DNA from: Patescibacteria group bacterium
GTDB taxonomy: Bacteria > Patescibacteriota > Patescibacteriia > UBA1558 > GWA2-36-10
Length of the DNA: 64,000 nt
NCBI GenBank assembly: GCA_041650755.1
Contig: JBAZKN010000001.1
Coordinates: forward strand, 70,796-134,795
Direction of reading: 5' to 3'
Shown: one piece after another, positions 56,787-64,000 of the stretch
Numbering within the stretch: the stretch's first letter is position 1
Layout of the letters: each line of letters starts with the position of its first letter
Notes under the pieces: generated by a model
Databases searched by the model: none
What the model was told of the DNA's origin: nothing
Seen by the model: only the letters and a program-made list of their open reading frames with translations
Translations under genes and position numbers: made by a program

Positions 56787-58289
56787 ATGAATTTTAGCGT
56801 TGAGGTCAATAATTTTATCAATACACTACTGACTATAGGTTCTTTGCCACCGGATATAGCTTTTATTTATTTAATGACCCACTATATCTGGCCAATTTAT
56901 GTTGTCATGATTTTATGGATGGCTTATGATGTTTGGCTGACGTCTCTGCAGAATAAGTGGTTTGCTACTCACAAGTTCATCCTTTTGGCTATTGATATAC
57001 CTAAAGATACCGAACAGACACCAAAGGCTATTGAGCAACTATTTGCCACCCTATCAGGCGCTCATACGCCCATCAGTACTCGCGATAAATATGCTGGCAT
57101 GTTTCAGCTGTCATTTTCTTTTGAAATTGTCAGTATAGACGGCTATATTCAATTTTTGATTCGCACTCCCAGCCACTGGCGGGATCTGGTAGAGAGTTCC
57201 ATTTATTCACAGTATCCCGATGCAGAGATCACTGAAGTGGAGGATTATACCACTGATTTGCCGCGTAAATTTCCCGACGACAAATACAATATGTGGGGTG
57301 CGGAAATAGTTTTGGTAAATAAAGATGTTTATCCCATAAAAACTTATATTGATTTTGAAGATGCGGTTTCCGGAGAATTCAAAGATCCAATGGCCTCAAT
57401 TTTGGAAACTATGAGTAAAATACAGGCCGGTGAACAGGTCTGGGTGCAGCTGATAGTCAGACCGACTGACCACCTCTGGACTAATCGTAGCAAAGCTGAA
57501 GCCGACAAATTGGCTGGTAAAAAGGTTAAAGCACAGAAAGGTTTATTGGAAAGACTGTTTGGCCCTCTGTTTGGTTTATTTTTCCTGTCTGGCGGCGACT
57601 CTATTTTTTGGCCAACTGGCGCTGAATCCAAATCAGAAAAAAAGGCCAATGAACCAATTAGCTTGATGCTGTATATGACCCCGGGAGAGAGAATAAAGAT
57701 TGAAGCAGTAGAAAAAAAGGCATCCAAAATAGGCTTTCAATGCAAAATTCGCTTGGTCTATCTATCGCCCAAAGAGCAGTATAATCCCGGCAGGGTAGTT
57801 TCTTCGGTGTTTGGTTCGCTGAAACAGTTTAGCACCATGCATTTGAATTCTTTTAAGCCCGATGCTAAAACCAAGACCAAAATAGAGTGGATTATGGTCA
57901 AAACCAGGACCAATTGGCGCCGTACAAACCTCATTAGAGCCTATAAGAGCCGCAGCGGCATCATCGGACATGGCTATTTTATATTAAATACCGAAGAACT
58001 AGCTACTTTGTGGCACTTTCCTAGCAAATTTATTCGCACGCCTTTATTGCAAAAAACAGAGTCCAAAAAAGCCGAACCGCCAGCTTCTTTGCCTATTATG
58101 TCTGGAATTTTTGATACCCAGACCGAGCAGGCAAGCGCTGAATTACGCCAGCAGCTAAAAACAGTGCCGGAATTCAATATACCCCTGGACAATACTTATT
58201 TTGAGGAGCGCTTTGCCAAAGACAAAAGCCAGGTCAAGCCAAGACATACAAAAAACGAGCCACCGACTAATCTACCCGTTACCAAATAA
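56787..58289 (+). CDS. Membrane-anchored N-domain protein, paralogue of the N-terminal half of 42898..45354
   Basis: 2 TM at the N-terminus; FSFEIVSIDGYIQFLIRTPSHWRDLVESSIYSQYPDAEITEVEDY aligns with FSLDIVSVDGFINFYAAVPPKFKDFFIAQLQAVYPKIYVEEVVDY. Confidence 0.65.
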   Translation: MNFSVEVNNFINTLLTIGSLPPDIAFIYLMTHYIWPIYVVMILWMAYDVWLTSLQNKWFATHKFILLAIDIPKDTEQTPKAIEQLFATLSGAHTPISTRDKYAGMFQLSFSFEIVSIDGYIQFLIRTPSHWRDLVESSIYSQYPDAEITEVEDYTTDLPRKFPDDKYNMWGAEIVLVNKDVYPIKTYIDFEDAVSGEFKDPMASILETMSKIQAGEQVWVQLIVRPTDHLWTNRSKAEADKLAGKKVKAQKGLLERLFGPLFGLFFLSGGDSIFWPTGAESKSEKKANEPISLMLYMTPGERIKIEAVEKKASKIGFQCKIRLVYLSPKEQYNPGRVVSSVFGSLKQFSTMHLNSFKPDAKTKTKIEWIMVKTRTNWRRTNLIRAYKSRSGIIGHGYFILNTEELATLWHFPSKFIRTPLLQKTESKKAEPPASLPIMSGIFDTQTEQASAELRQQLKTVPEFNIPLDNTYFEERFAKDKSQVKPRHTKNEPPTNLPVTK

Positions 58290-58291
58290 AT

Positions 58292-60001
58292 ATGAATGTT
58301 AATGATATAACAACTTTTGCTGAGACTAATTTCCGTAATTCACGGGTAAAGTTTGGTATTAAGACAGACGATAGGCGCCGACATATGTATATTATCGGTA
58401 AAACTGGCATGGGTAAATCAACCTTGTTGGAAAACATGATCATTCAGGACATCCAGGCCGGCAAAGGAGTTTGCGTAGTCGATCCACATGGTGAGCTGGT
58501 TGAAAAAGTGATTGATTTTATACCACAGAACCGCATCAATGATGTAATTTATTTCAATCCCGCTGACCTTGAATACCCGATAGCCTTTAATGTGCTGGAA
58601 AGCGTCAACATCGAGCAACGCCATTTGGTAGTTTCTGGATTGATCGGTGTCTTTAAAAAGATCTGGGCTGATTCCTGGGGCCCAAGACTAGAATATGTTC
58701 TGCATCATGCAATTTCTGCTTTGCTGGAATATCCTGGCTCGACCCTTTTGGGCATTATGCGCATGCTGACGGACAAAAAGTTTCGTGAGCGGGTAGTTGA
58801 TAAAGTGACCGATCCAGTGGTAAAGGCCTTTTGGGTTGATGAATATTCTCGTTATCCAGACAATCTCAAGGCCGAAGCCATTGCTCCGATTCAAAACAAG
58901 GTAGGCCGATTTTTATCCTCTTCTTTGATTAGAAACGTCCTGGGCCAGGTCAGATCTTCCTTCTCAATGCGGGAAATTATGGATGGCAAAAAAATATTGT
59001 TACTAAATTTATCCAAAGGCAGGGTGGGCGAGGATAACTCGGCTTTACTTGGCTCCATGATGATCACCAAGATTCAGCTGGCTGCCATGAGCCGGATAGA
59101 TACCCCGGAACAGGAGCGCAATGATTTTTACCTTTATGTTGATGAATTTCAAAATTTTGCCACCCAAAGTTTTGCCAATATTCTATCAGAAGCGCGTAAG
59201 TATAGGCTGAACTTGATCATGGCCCACCAATATATTGATCAATTAAAATGGGGTAATGATGAAACGGTCAAGTCGGCAGTCTTTGGTAATGTCGGCACCA
59301 TCATTGCTTTCCGCGTTGGTGCTACTGATGCGGAATTTCTGGAAAAAGAATTTTTCCCGGTTTTTACTCAAGAAGATTTGGTCAATCTGTCTAAATACGA
59401 AATTTATCTAAAATTAATGGTTGATGGCGTAGCCACTGAGCCATTTTCAGGAGTAGGCTTGCCGCCGGTAATATTACCTGCCGAATCAATCGGCATCAAA
59501 GAAAAGGTGATCAAAGTATCCAGAGAAAGATATGCCAAGCCCCGCGAGATTATTGAAGATAAAATCGCTCGTTGGGCAGAAAATAAAGAGGGCAAAGAGC
59601 CAGAAAAAAACAGCAAAGAAGACAGAGTAAAAAAATCCAAAAAAAAAGGCGATGAGGAAAGAAAATCTGGTTCCAAAAAGCCAAAAATCAGCAAAATAAT
59701 AAATTGCACTTACTGCGGTAAAGAAGCGGAAATCAATTTTGAGCCCGATCCTACTAGGCCAGTATACTGCGATGATTGTTTGATACTGGCCAAACAAGGA
59801 AAAATTCCCTCTCCTACCAGTATCAAAATACTCAAAGAAGAGTCAGCCAGTAAAAAAGTAGATGATGATCAGACCAAAGAACAGTTTATCTCTCTATCGG
59901 AAGCAATAAAATCAAATAATCTTCATTCTGGCAAAGAAAAAAGTAAGCAAGTGGCCGAGGATGAGCATCTGCTTCAGCCAGGACAAATTGTTAAGTTTTA
60001 A
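58292..60001 (+). CDS. FtsK/HerA-superfamily (VirB4/VirD4/DUF87-like) ATPase with C-terminal Lys-rich linker and zinc ribbon
   Basis: IIGKTGMGKST Walker A; VVDPHGELVE; YVDEFQNF Walker B; ARKYRLNLIMAHQYIDQL; C-terminus CTYCGKEAEINFEPDPTRPVYCDDC. Confidence 0.75.
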   Translation: MNVNDITTFAETNFRNSRVKFGIKTDDRRRHMYIIGKTGMGKSTLLENMIIQDIQAGKGVCVVDPHGELVEKVIDFIPQNRINDVIYFNPADLEYPIAFNVLESVNIEQRHLVVSGLIGVFKKIWADSWGPRLEYVLHHAISALLEYPGSTLLGIMRMLTDKKFRERVVDKVTDPVVKAFWVDEYSRYPDNLKAEAIAPIQNKVGRFLSSSLIRNVLGQVRSSFSMREIMDGKKILLLNLSKGRVGEDNSALLGSMMITKIQLAAMSRIDTPEQERNDFYLYVDEFQNFATQSFANILSEARKYRLNLIMAHQYIDQLKWGNDETVKSAVFGNVGTIIAFRVGATDAEFLEKEFFPVFTQEDLVNLSKYEIYLKLMVDGVATEPFSGVGLPPVILPAESIGIKEKVIKVSRERYAKPREIIEDKIARWAENKEGKEPEKNSKEDRVKKSKKKGDEERKSGSKKPKISKIINCTYCGKEAEINFEPDPTRPVYCDDCLILAKQGKIPSPTSIKILKEESASKKVDDDQTKEQFISLSEAIKSNNLHSGKEKSKQVAEDEHLLQPGQIVKF

Positions 60002-60010
60002 CGCGATACC

Positions 60011-61510
60011 ATGCCATATTATCTTAAAATAAAAAAGCTGGACATATCTACCGGCCAGTCAAATATAGCCCTGCTTAACGAAAAAGAGGCCACTCATTAT
60101 GGTATCAGGGCCGGCGATAAGATAAAAATTTGTTGGCAAAAAAATCGTGTAATCGCTGAGGCTAATACTACTGCCAAAAATGTAAAGCCCGGTCAAATAG
60201 GGCTATATAAAGACATTTGGGAGCAAATAAGTATTCCGCCCAATACTATTGTTGAAGTAGAATTTTTGCAAAGATCGCAGTCTATTCAAGCCATCAAAAA
60301 ACGTCTTTTGGGTAAAAAATTAAAGTACCAAGATTTTTACCAAATATTTTCCGATATCGCCAGCGGCGTTTTGACCAGAACAGAAATTACCTATTTTGTG
60401 GCTTCCAGTTTTATTAAATCCTATACTGATCAGGAGCTTTATTATATGGTAAAAGCCATGGCGGAAACTGGTGAAATGCTCAAATTTAAAGGTATAGTGG
60501 CTGATAAACATTCAGTCGGTGGTTTGGCCGGTAATCGTACTACTATGGTGGCTGTACCTATTATAGCAGCCTTGGGGCTGACTATACCAAAGACTTCTTC
60601 CCAAGCTATTACTTCGCCGGCTGGCACAGCTAATACCATGGAAGTGCTGGCCCCAGTGGCTTTTAGCGCTGAGGCGATATACAAAATAGTCAATAAAGTT
60701 CATGCTTGTTTGGTTTGGGGCGGCGGTCTAAATTTAGCTCCGGCTGATGATAAAATCTTGGAAGTTTCTTATCCTTTATCACTAGAGCCCTATGATAAAA
60801 TGCTGGTTAGCATCATGGCTAAGAAGGTGGCTATGGGTGTGACTCATTTGGTGATTGATATGCCGGTTGGGCCAACCACCAAAATACCCAATATGACTAT
60901 TGCCAAAAATTTGGAGCGTAAATTCAAATATTTGGCTAGACGTTTTGGCATCAAAATAAAAGTAGTTATGATACATACAGAAGATCCGGTAGGCAGAGGA
61001 GTAGGCCCTGCCTTAGAGGCTCGCGATGTTTTGCGCGTGCTCCAGCAAAAAGATAATTATCCGGCTGACCTGGCCAACAAAGCTATTCATCTGGCTGGTG
61101 AGCTTTTAGAACTGACCGGCAAAGCAAAACATAGGCATGGGGCTAAAATGGCCTGGCAAACCCTAGAATCTGGAGCTGCCTGGAAAAAAATGCAGGAAAT
61201 CATCAAGGCGCAGGGCGGCAATCCAACCATTGATCCGGAGAGCATTGTCTTGGGTGCTTGTAAAAAATATTTTAATGCCAAGCATTCGGGCAAAATAATT
61301 TTTACTGATAATAAAGCCTTGAATACCGTGGCTCGTATTTTGGGCGCGCCCAGCGACCAGTTGGCCGGCGTTTATCTAAACAAAGAATACGCTGATCACG
61401 TCAAAAAAGGCGAGCGCCTATTTACGCTTTATGCCCGCAACAAAGAGCGGCTGCATTTGGCTACGGTCGCCTTAGAAAAAATGTCAATTTTCAAAATTGG
61501 CAAACAGTAA
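60011..61510 (+). CDS. AMP phosphorylase / archaeal-type thymidine-phosphorylase homologue
   Basis: Extra N-terminal domain MPYYLKIKKLDISTGQSNIALLNEKEATHYGIRAGDKIKI typical of AMPpase; KHSVGGLAGNRTTMVAVPIIAALG phosphate-binding motif. Confidence 0.8.
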   Translation: MPYYLKIKKLDISTGQSNIALLNEKEATHYGIRAGDKIKICWQKNRVIAEANTTAKNVKPGQIGLYKDIWEQISIPPNTIVEVEFLQRSQSIQAIKKRLLGKKLKYQDFYQIFSDIASGVLTRTEITYFVASSFIKSYTDQELYYMVKAMAETGEMLKFKGIVADKHSVGGLAGNRTTMVAVPIIAALGLTIPKTSSQAITSPAGTANTMEVLAPVAFSAEAIYKIVNKVHACLVWGGGLNLAPADDKILEVSYPLSLEPYDKMLVSIMAKKVAMGVTHLVIDMPVGPTTKIPNMTIAKNLERKFKYLARRFGIKIKVVMIHTEDPVGRGVGPALEARDVLRVLQQKDNYPADLANKAIHLAGELLELTGKAKHRHGAKMAWQTLESGAAWKKMQEIIKAQGGNPTIDPESIVLGACKKYFNAKHSGKIIFTDNKALNTVARILGAPSDQLAGVYLNKEYADHVKKGERLFTLYARNKERLHLATVALEKMSIFKIGKQ

Positions 61511-61531
61511 ATTTTACTAACCAAAAAATAT

Positions 61532-61927
61532 ATGACTAGAATTATTATCGCTTCTGGTCCGGTGATAGTCGAAAATAATAAGGTTCTTCTCAACCAACAT
61601 GGCGACACTGATTTTTGGAAATTTTGTGGCGGCCGCGTAGAGGATAGCGAACAAAATTTGATCACAGCCGCGCAAAGAGAAGCTAAAGAAGAAATGGGTA
61701 TTGAAATAGAAATACTGGATCCAGAGCCGTTTATTACTTATACCCACAAAGATACCGATCAAGGACGCATTGATGTATTATTGGTGCACTATTTATCTAA
61801 AAGAATAGGCGAGATAAAGCCCGGAGCTGATATCAGAGAATGGCAATGGTTTGATCTGGATAAATTACCGGCTAATTTTGGGCCAAATATCCTGCCCGCT
61901 CTAAAGCATTTTAATCTTATAAAATAA
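61532..61927 (+). CDS. NUDIX hydrolase
   Basis: Nudix box GGRVEDSEQNLITAAQREAKEEMGIE. Confidence 0.85.
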   Translation: MTRIIIASGPVIVENNKVLLNQHGDTDFWKFCGGRVEDSEQNLITAAQREAKEEMGIEIEILDPEPFITYTHKDTDQGRIDVLLVHYLSKRIGEIKPGADIREWQWFDLDKLPANFGPNILPALKHFNLIK

Positions 61928-61932
61928 AAAAG

Positions 61933-61958
61933 AAGCCCCGCGCCTGCGGAGCTTCGAT
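61933..61958. terminator. Bidirectional GC hairpin terminator at the AT/GC boundary of island D
   Basis: gaagccccgcgcctgcggagcttc flanked by an A-run on the plus strand and a T-run on the minus strand. Confidence 0.65.
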
Positions 61959-61980
61959 GTTTCTGCGCCCTAGTCTCTTC

Positions 61981-62532
61981 TTAGGCCACTTCCTGGGTGC
62001 GGTCTAGAAAAGAGACGTCGATTTCACTTGCCAAGTAAGCGAGCAGTCTGTCCAAAGCCTCTTGCCCGGCAGGGCTGTTTTCGAAAATCAGCCGAAGGCG
62101 ATGAAGCTCGGGATAGCCGACCTCTGGCCAATGCCCGTCCAGAACCGGATCGTCATCGCGATGCTCAAGATGCTTGATCAGCCACTCTAACCTCAGGTTG
62201 CTTGGCTCAGGCGGCACCAATAGATCAAGGATGCCGTATTGATGCGTCATGACCAAAGCTTCACAGTCAGCCGGCTGATCATCTTTGCCCAAAACAGTTT
62301 CTTGATAGGGCAGATTGAGCATTTTGGCAACTTCGCGCATGAAGACCAATAATTCCTCTAGCCGGCTGGGCTCAACCATCACCCTGATAAGGTCGCCTTC
62401 ATGCTTCATGATGATGAACTTCAGATGAGTGGCTTGCACCCTATCACGGATGACTGAAAAGCACCGTTCAGGAAATTCGTACTCGACAAGTATTCGACGC
62501 AGAACCATCTCGAAAACATTGCTGTCAGACAT
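61981..62532 (-). CDS. Hypothetical acidic protein on GC island D
   Basis: GGGAGG RBS; about 55% GC; 183 aa; no recognisable motif. Confidence 0.55.
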   Translation of the reverse strand: MSDSNVFEMVLRRILVEYEFPERCFSVIRDRVQATHLKFIIMKHEGDLIRVMVEPSRLEELLVFMREVAKMLNLPYQETVLGKDDQPADCEALVMTHQYGILDLLVPPEPSNLRLEWLIKHLEHRDDDPVLDGHWPEVGYPELHRLRLIFENSPAGQEALDRLLAYLASEIDVSFLDRTQEVA

Positions 62533-62687
62533 GAGTATCGCCTCCCCAGAAAGTCTGATCGAGATGGTTTCTGTCCAATGAACGTCCGTGTTGAATATAA
62601 ACTACTCTTTTTTTACATAGTCGTCAATTAATATCATTTTGACATTTTGGTGGTTTTTTATTATAGTATAAAAACTCAATAAAAAAC

Positions 62688-63737
62688 ATGAGAAATAAAG
62701 AAAAAGGCAGGATCTTGGTAGCTTTATCCGGCGGAGTAGATTCGGCGGTGGCTTTGTATTTACTAAAAAAACAAGGTTACGAGGTAGAGGCCGCTTTTAT
62801 GAAAAATTTTTCTGCTAGAGCAAATATCAAGGGCGACTGCCCCTGGAAAGAAGACCACCTAATGGCTTATCGGGTAGCCAGCCAGCTAAAAGTGCCCATT
62901 CGGACATTTAATTTTGAAAAACAATATCACCAGAAAATAGTAAGCTATATTTTTTGCTCTTACAAACAAGGGCAAACGCCAAATCCCGATGTCTTATGTA
63001 ATAATGAAATAAAATTCAAATTATTTTTAGATAAAGCTATCAAGCTTGGCTTTGATAAAATAGCTACCGGTCACTATGCTCAAATCAAACAAACAAAAAA
63101 TGTCTATCGCCTATATCGTGGCCGGGATAAAAACAAGGATCAATCCTATTTTTTGGCTGGTTTAGGCCAAGCCCAATTAGCTAAAAGTTTATTTCCCATT
63201 GGCCACTTGACTAAGCCACGGGTCAGAAGCATTGCTAAAAGGGCAAAACTCGTAAATGCTGATCGGCCAGACAGCCAAGGGATTTGCTTTATCGGCAAAA
63301 TAAATCTAAAAGATTTTCTGGCGCAAAAAATAAAACCCAAAGAGGGAAAAACTCTAAATACTAAAGGTGAATTTTTAGGCACACATCAGGGCGTTTGGTA
63401 TTATACCATCGGCCAGCGTCAAGGCTTAAATCTATCTGGCGGACCTTGGTATGTGGTAGATAAGAATGTCAAAAAAAACATATTAACCGTTGCTCGCCTT
63501 AATGAATCATCCCTATACAAAAAAACTATTAAGATAGATTCACTACACTGGTTAGGCAAAATCTATAAATTACCGCTTAGAGCTAAGGCCCAAGTTCGCT
63601 ATCGCCAGCCAGCTCAGAATGCCACTTTGTATAAGGAAAAAATTATTTTTACAGTGAGGCAAAGGGGGGTGGCTAGCGGACAAATTCTGGTTATTTATAA
63701 AAATAAAGAACTAATAGCCAGCGCTACTATAATATAA
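62688..63737 (+). CDS. mnmA: tRNA-specific 2-thiouridylase MnmA
   Basis: ILVALSGGVDSAVA PP-loop; catalytic Cys context CNNEIKF; 349 aa. Confidence 0.9.
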   Translation: MRNKEKGRILVALSGGVDSAVALYLLKKQGYEVEAAFMKNFSARANIKGDCPWKEDHLMAYRVASQLKVPIRTFNFEKQYHQKIVSYIFCSYKQGQTPNPDVLCNNEIKFKLFLDKAIKLGFDKIATGHYAQIKQTKNVYRLYRGRDKNKDQSYFLAGLGQAQLAKSLFPIGHLTKPRVRSIAKRAKLVNADRPDSQGICFIGKINLKDFLAQKIKPKEGKTLNTKGEFLGTHQGVWYYTIGQRQGLNLSGGPWYVVDKNVKKNILTVARLNESSLYKKTIKIDSLHWLGKIYKLPLRAKAQVRYRQPAQNATLYKEKIIFTVRQRGVASGQILVIYKNKELIASATII

Positions 63738-63759
63738 TTTTTTTAAATTTAAGATTTTC

Positions 63760-63781
63760 TTAGCTAATATTAGCCAAAATA
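63760..63781 (+). repeat. Conserved 22-nt intergenic motif, copy 3
   Basis: TTAGCTAATATTAGCCAAAATA, identical to copy 1. Confidence 0.6.
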
Positions 63782-63856
63782 TTGGTTATTTTTATTTTTT
63801 TGTCTTTGGGGGCTTGACAAATCTATTATTTATGTTAGCATATACAACTGCTCGGT

Positions 63857-63945
63857 ATGGGCGTAGCTCAGTCAGGATCCCGGCCGGAAAGAGCGCTGCA
63901 TTATCGGTGCAGAGGTCGCAGGTTCAAATCCTGCCGCCCATACCA
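63857..63945 (+). tRNA. Atypical 89-nt tRNA with a 13-nt palindromic D-loop insertion and nominal anticodon ATC (Asp codon GAU); isotype uncertain
   Basis: Acceptor atgggcg/cgcccat; U8; D-stem gctc/gagc enclosing agtcagg-atcccggccggaa-a; anticodon arm ctgca ttATCgg tgcag; T-arm gcagg ttcaaat cctgc; encoded CCA. Confidence 0.55.
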
Positions 63946-63972
63946 TCCGTTCTTCAAACAGACATAAGGGGA

Positions 63973-64000
63973 GCCTCCGTAGCTCAATTGGTAGAGCGCA
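63973..64000 (+). tRNA. 5' portion of a tRNA truncated by the window end
   Basis: gcctccg-ta-gctc-aattggta-gagc-gca fits acceptor/U8/D-arm geometry; the remainder lies outside the window. Confidence 0.4.

Noticed and set aside
1-64000. CRISPR arrays, cas genes, integrase/transposase genes, phage structural genes
   Set aside because: No regularly spaced direct repeats with unique spacers were seen. No recombinase, transposase or phage-like ORFs were seen in any frame. The mobility of the GC-rich islands therefore cannot be attributed to an element encoded inside this window.

Overview
This is an AT-rich (roughly 35-40% GC) bacterial chromosome segment with tightly packed, mostly plus-strand housekeeping genes. 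The combination of a PduL-AckA pair, an archaeal-type AMP phosphorylase, two MreB paralogues, many GT4 glycosyltransferases and a DUF4012-like protein is typical of a streamlined Candidate Phyla Radiation (Patescibacteria)-like genome; that placement is inference. Three complete tRNAs, one tRNA fragment at the window edge and an RNase P RNA are present. The RNase P RNA lies on the minus strand and is only covered by a spurious ORF in the supplied track.

Four short GC-rich islands (roughly 55-60% GC) break the AT-rich backbone. Their genes use strong GGAGG ribosome-binding sites and lie mostly on the minus strand. They encode a lipoprotein, two secreted proteins, a receiver-like protein with glutamate replacing the phospho-acceptor aspartate, and small proteins of unknown function.
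- The largest island begins immediately 3' of tRNA-Gln(TTG). It is preceded by reiterated copies of the tRNA 3' end carrying hairpins, bounded by a 12-nt direct repeat, and interleaved with three roughly 75-bp repeats whose stems co-vary.
- A second island follows tRNA-Gln(CTG) and carries the same tRNA-Gln(TTG) 3'-end mimic.
- No integrase lies inside the window, so how these islands move is open.

Other notable content:
- A duplicated module of a membrane-anchored N-domain plus a HerA/VirB4/VirD4-type ATPase occurs once fused and once split.
- A CxxC(N17)CxxC zinc ribbon is shared between an RGG/Lys-rich protein and the C-terminus of the split ATPase.
- SecD carries a parvulin-like insertion.
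- One protein combines sigma-70 region 4 with tandem HARE-HTH domains behind nested palindromic operators.
- One tRNA has a 13-nt palindromic D-loop insertion and a nominal AUC anticodon.
- A 22-nt intergenic motif recurs three times.
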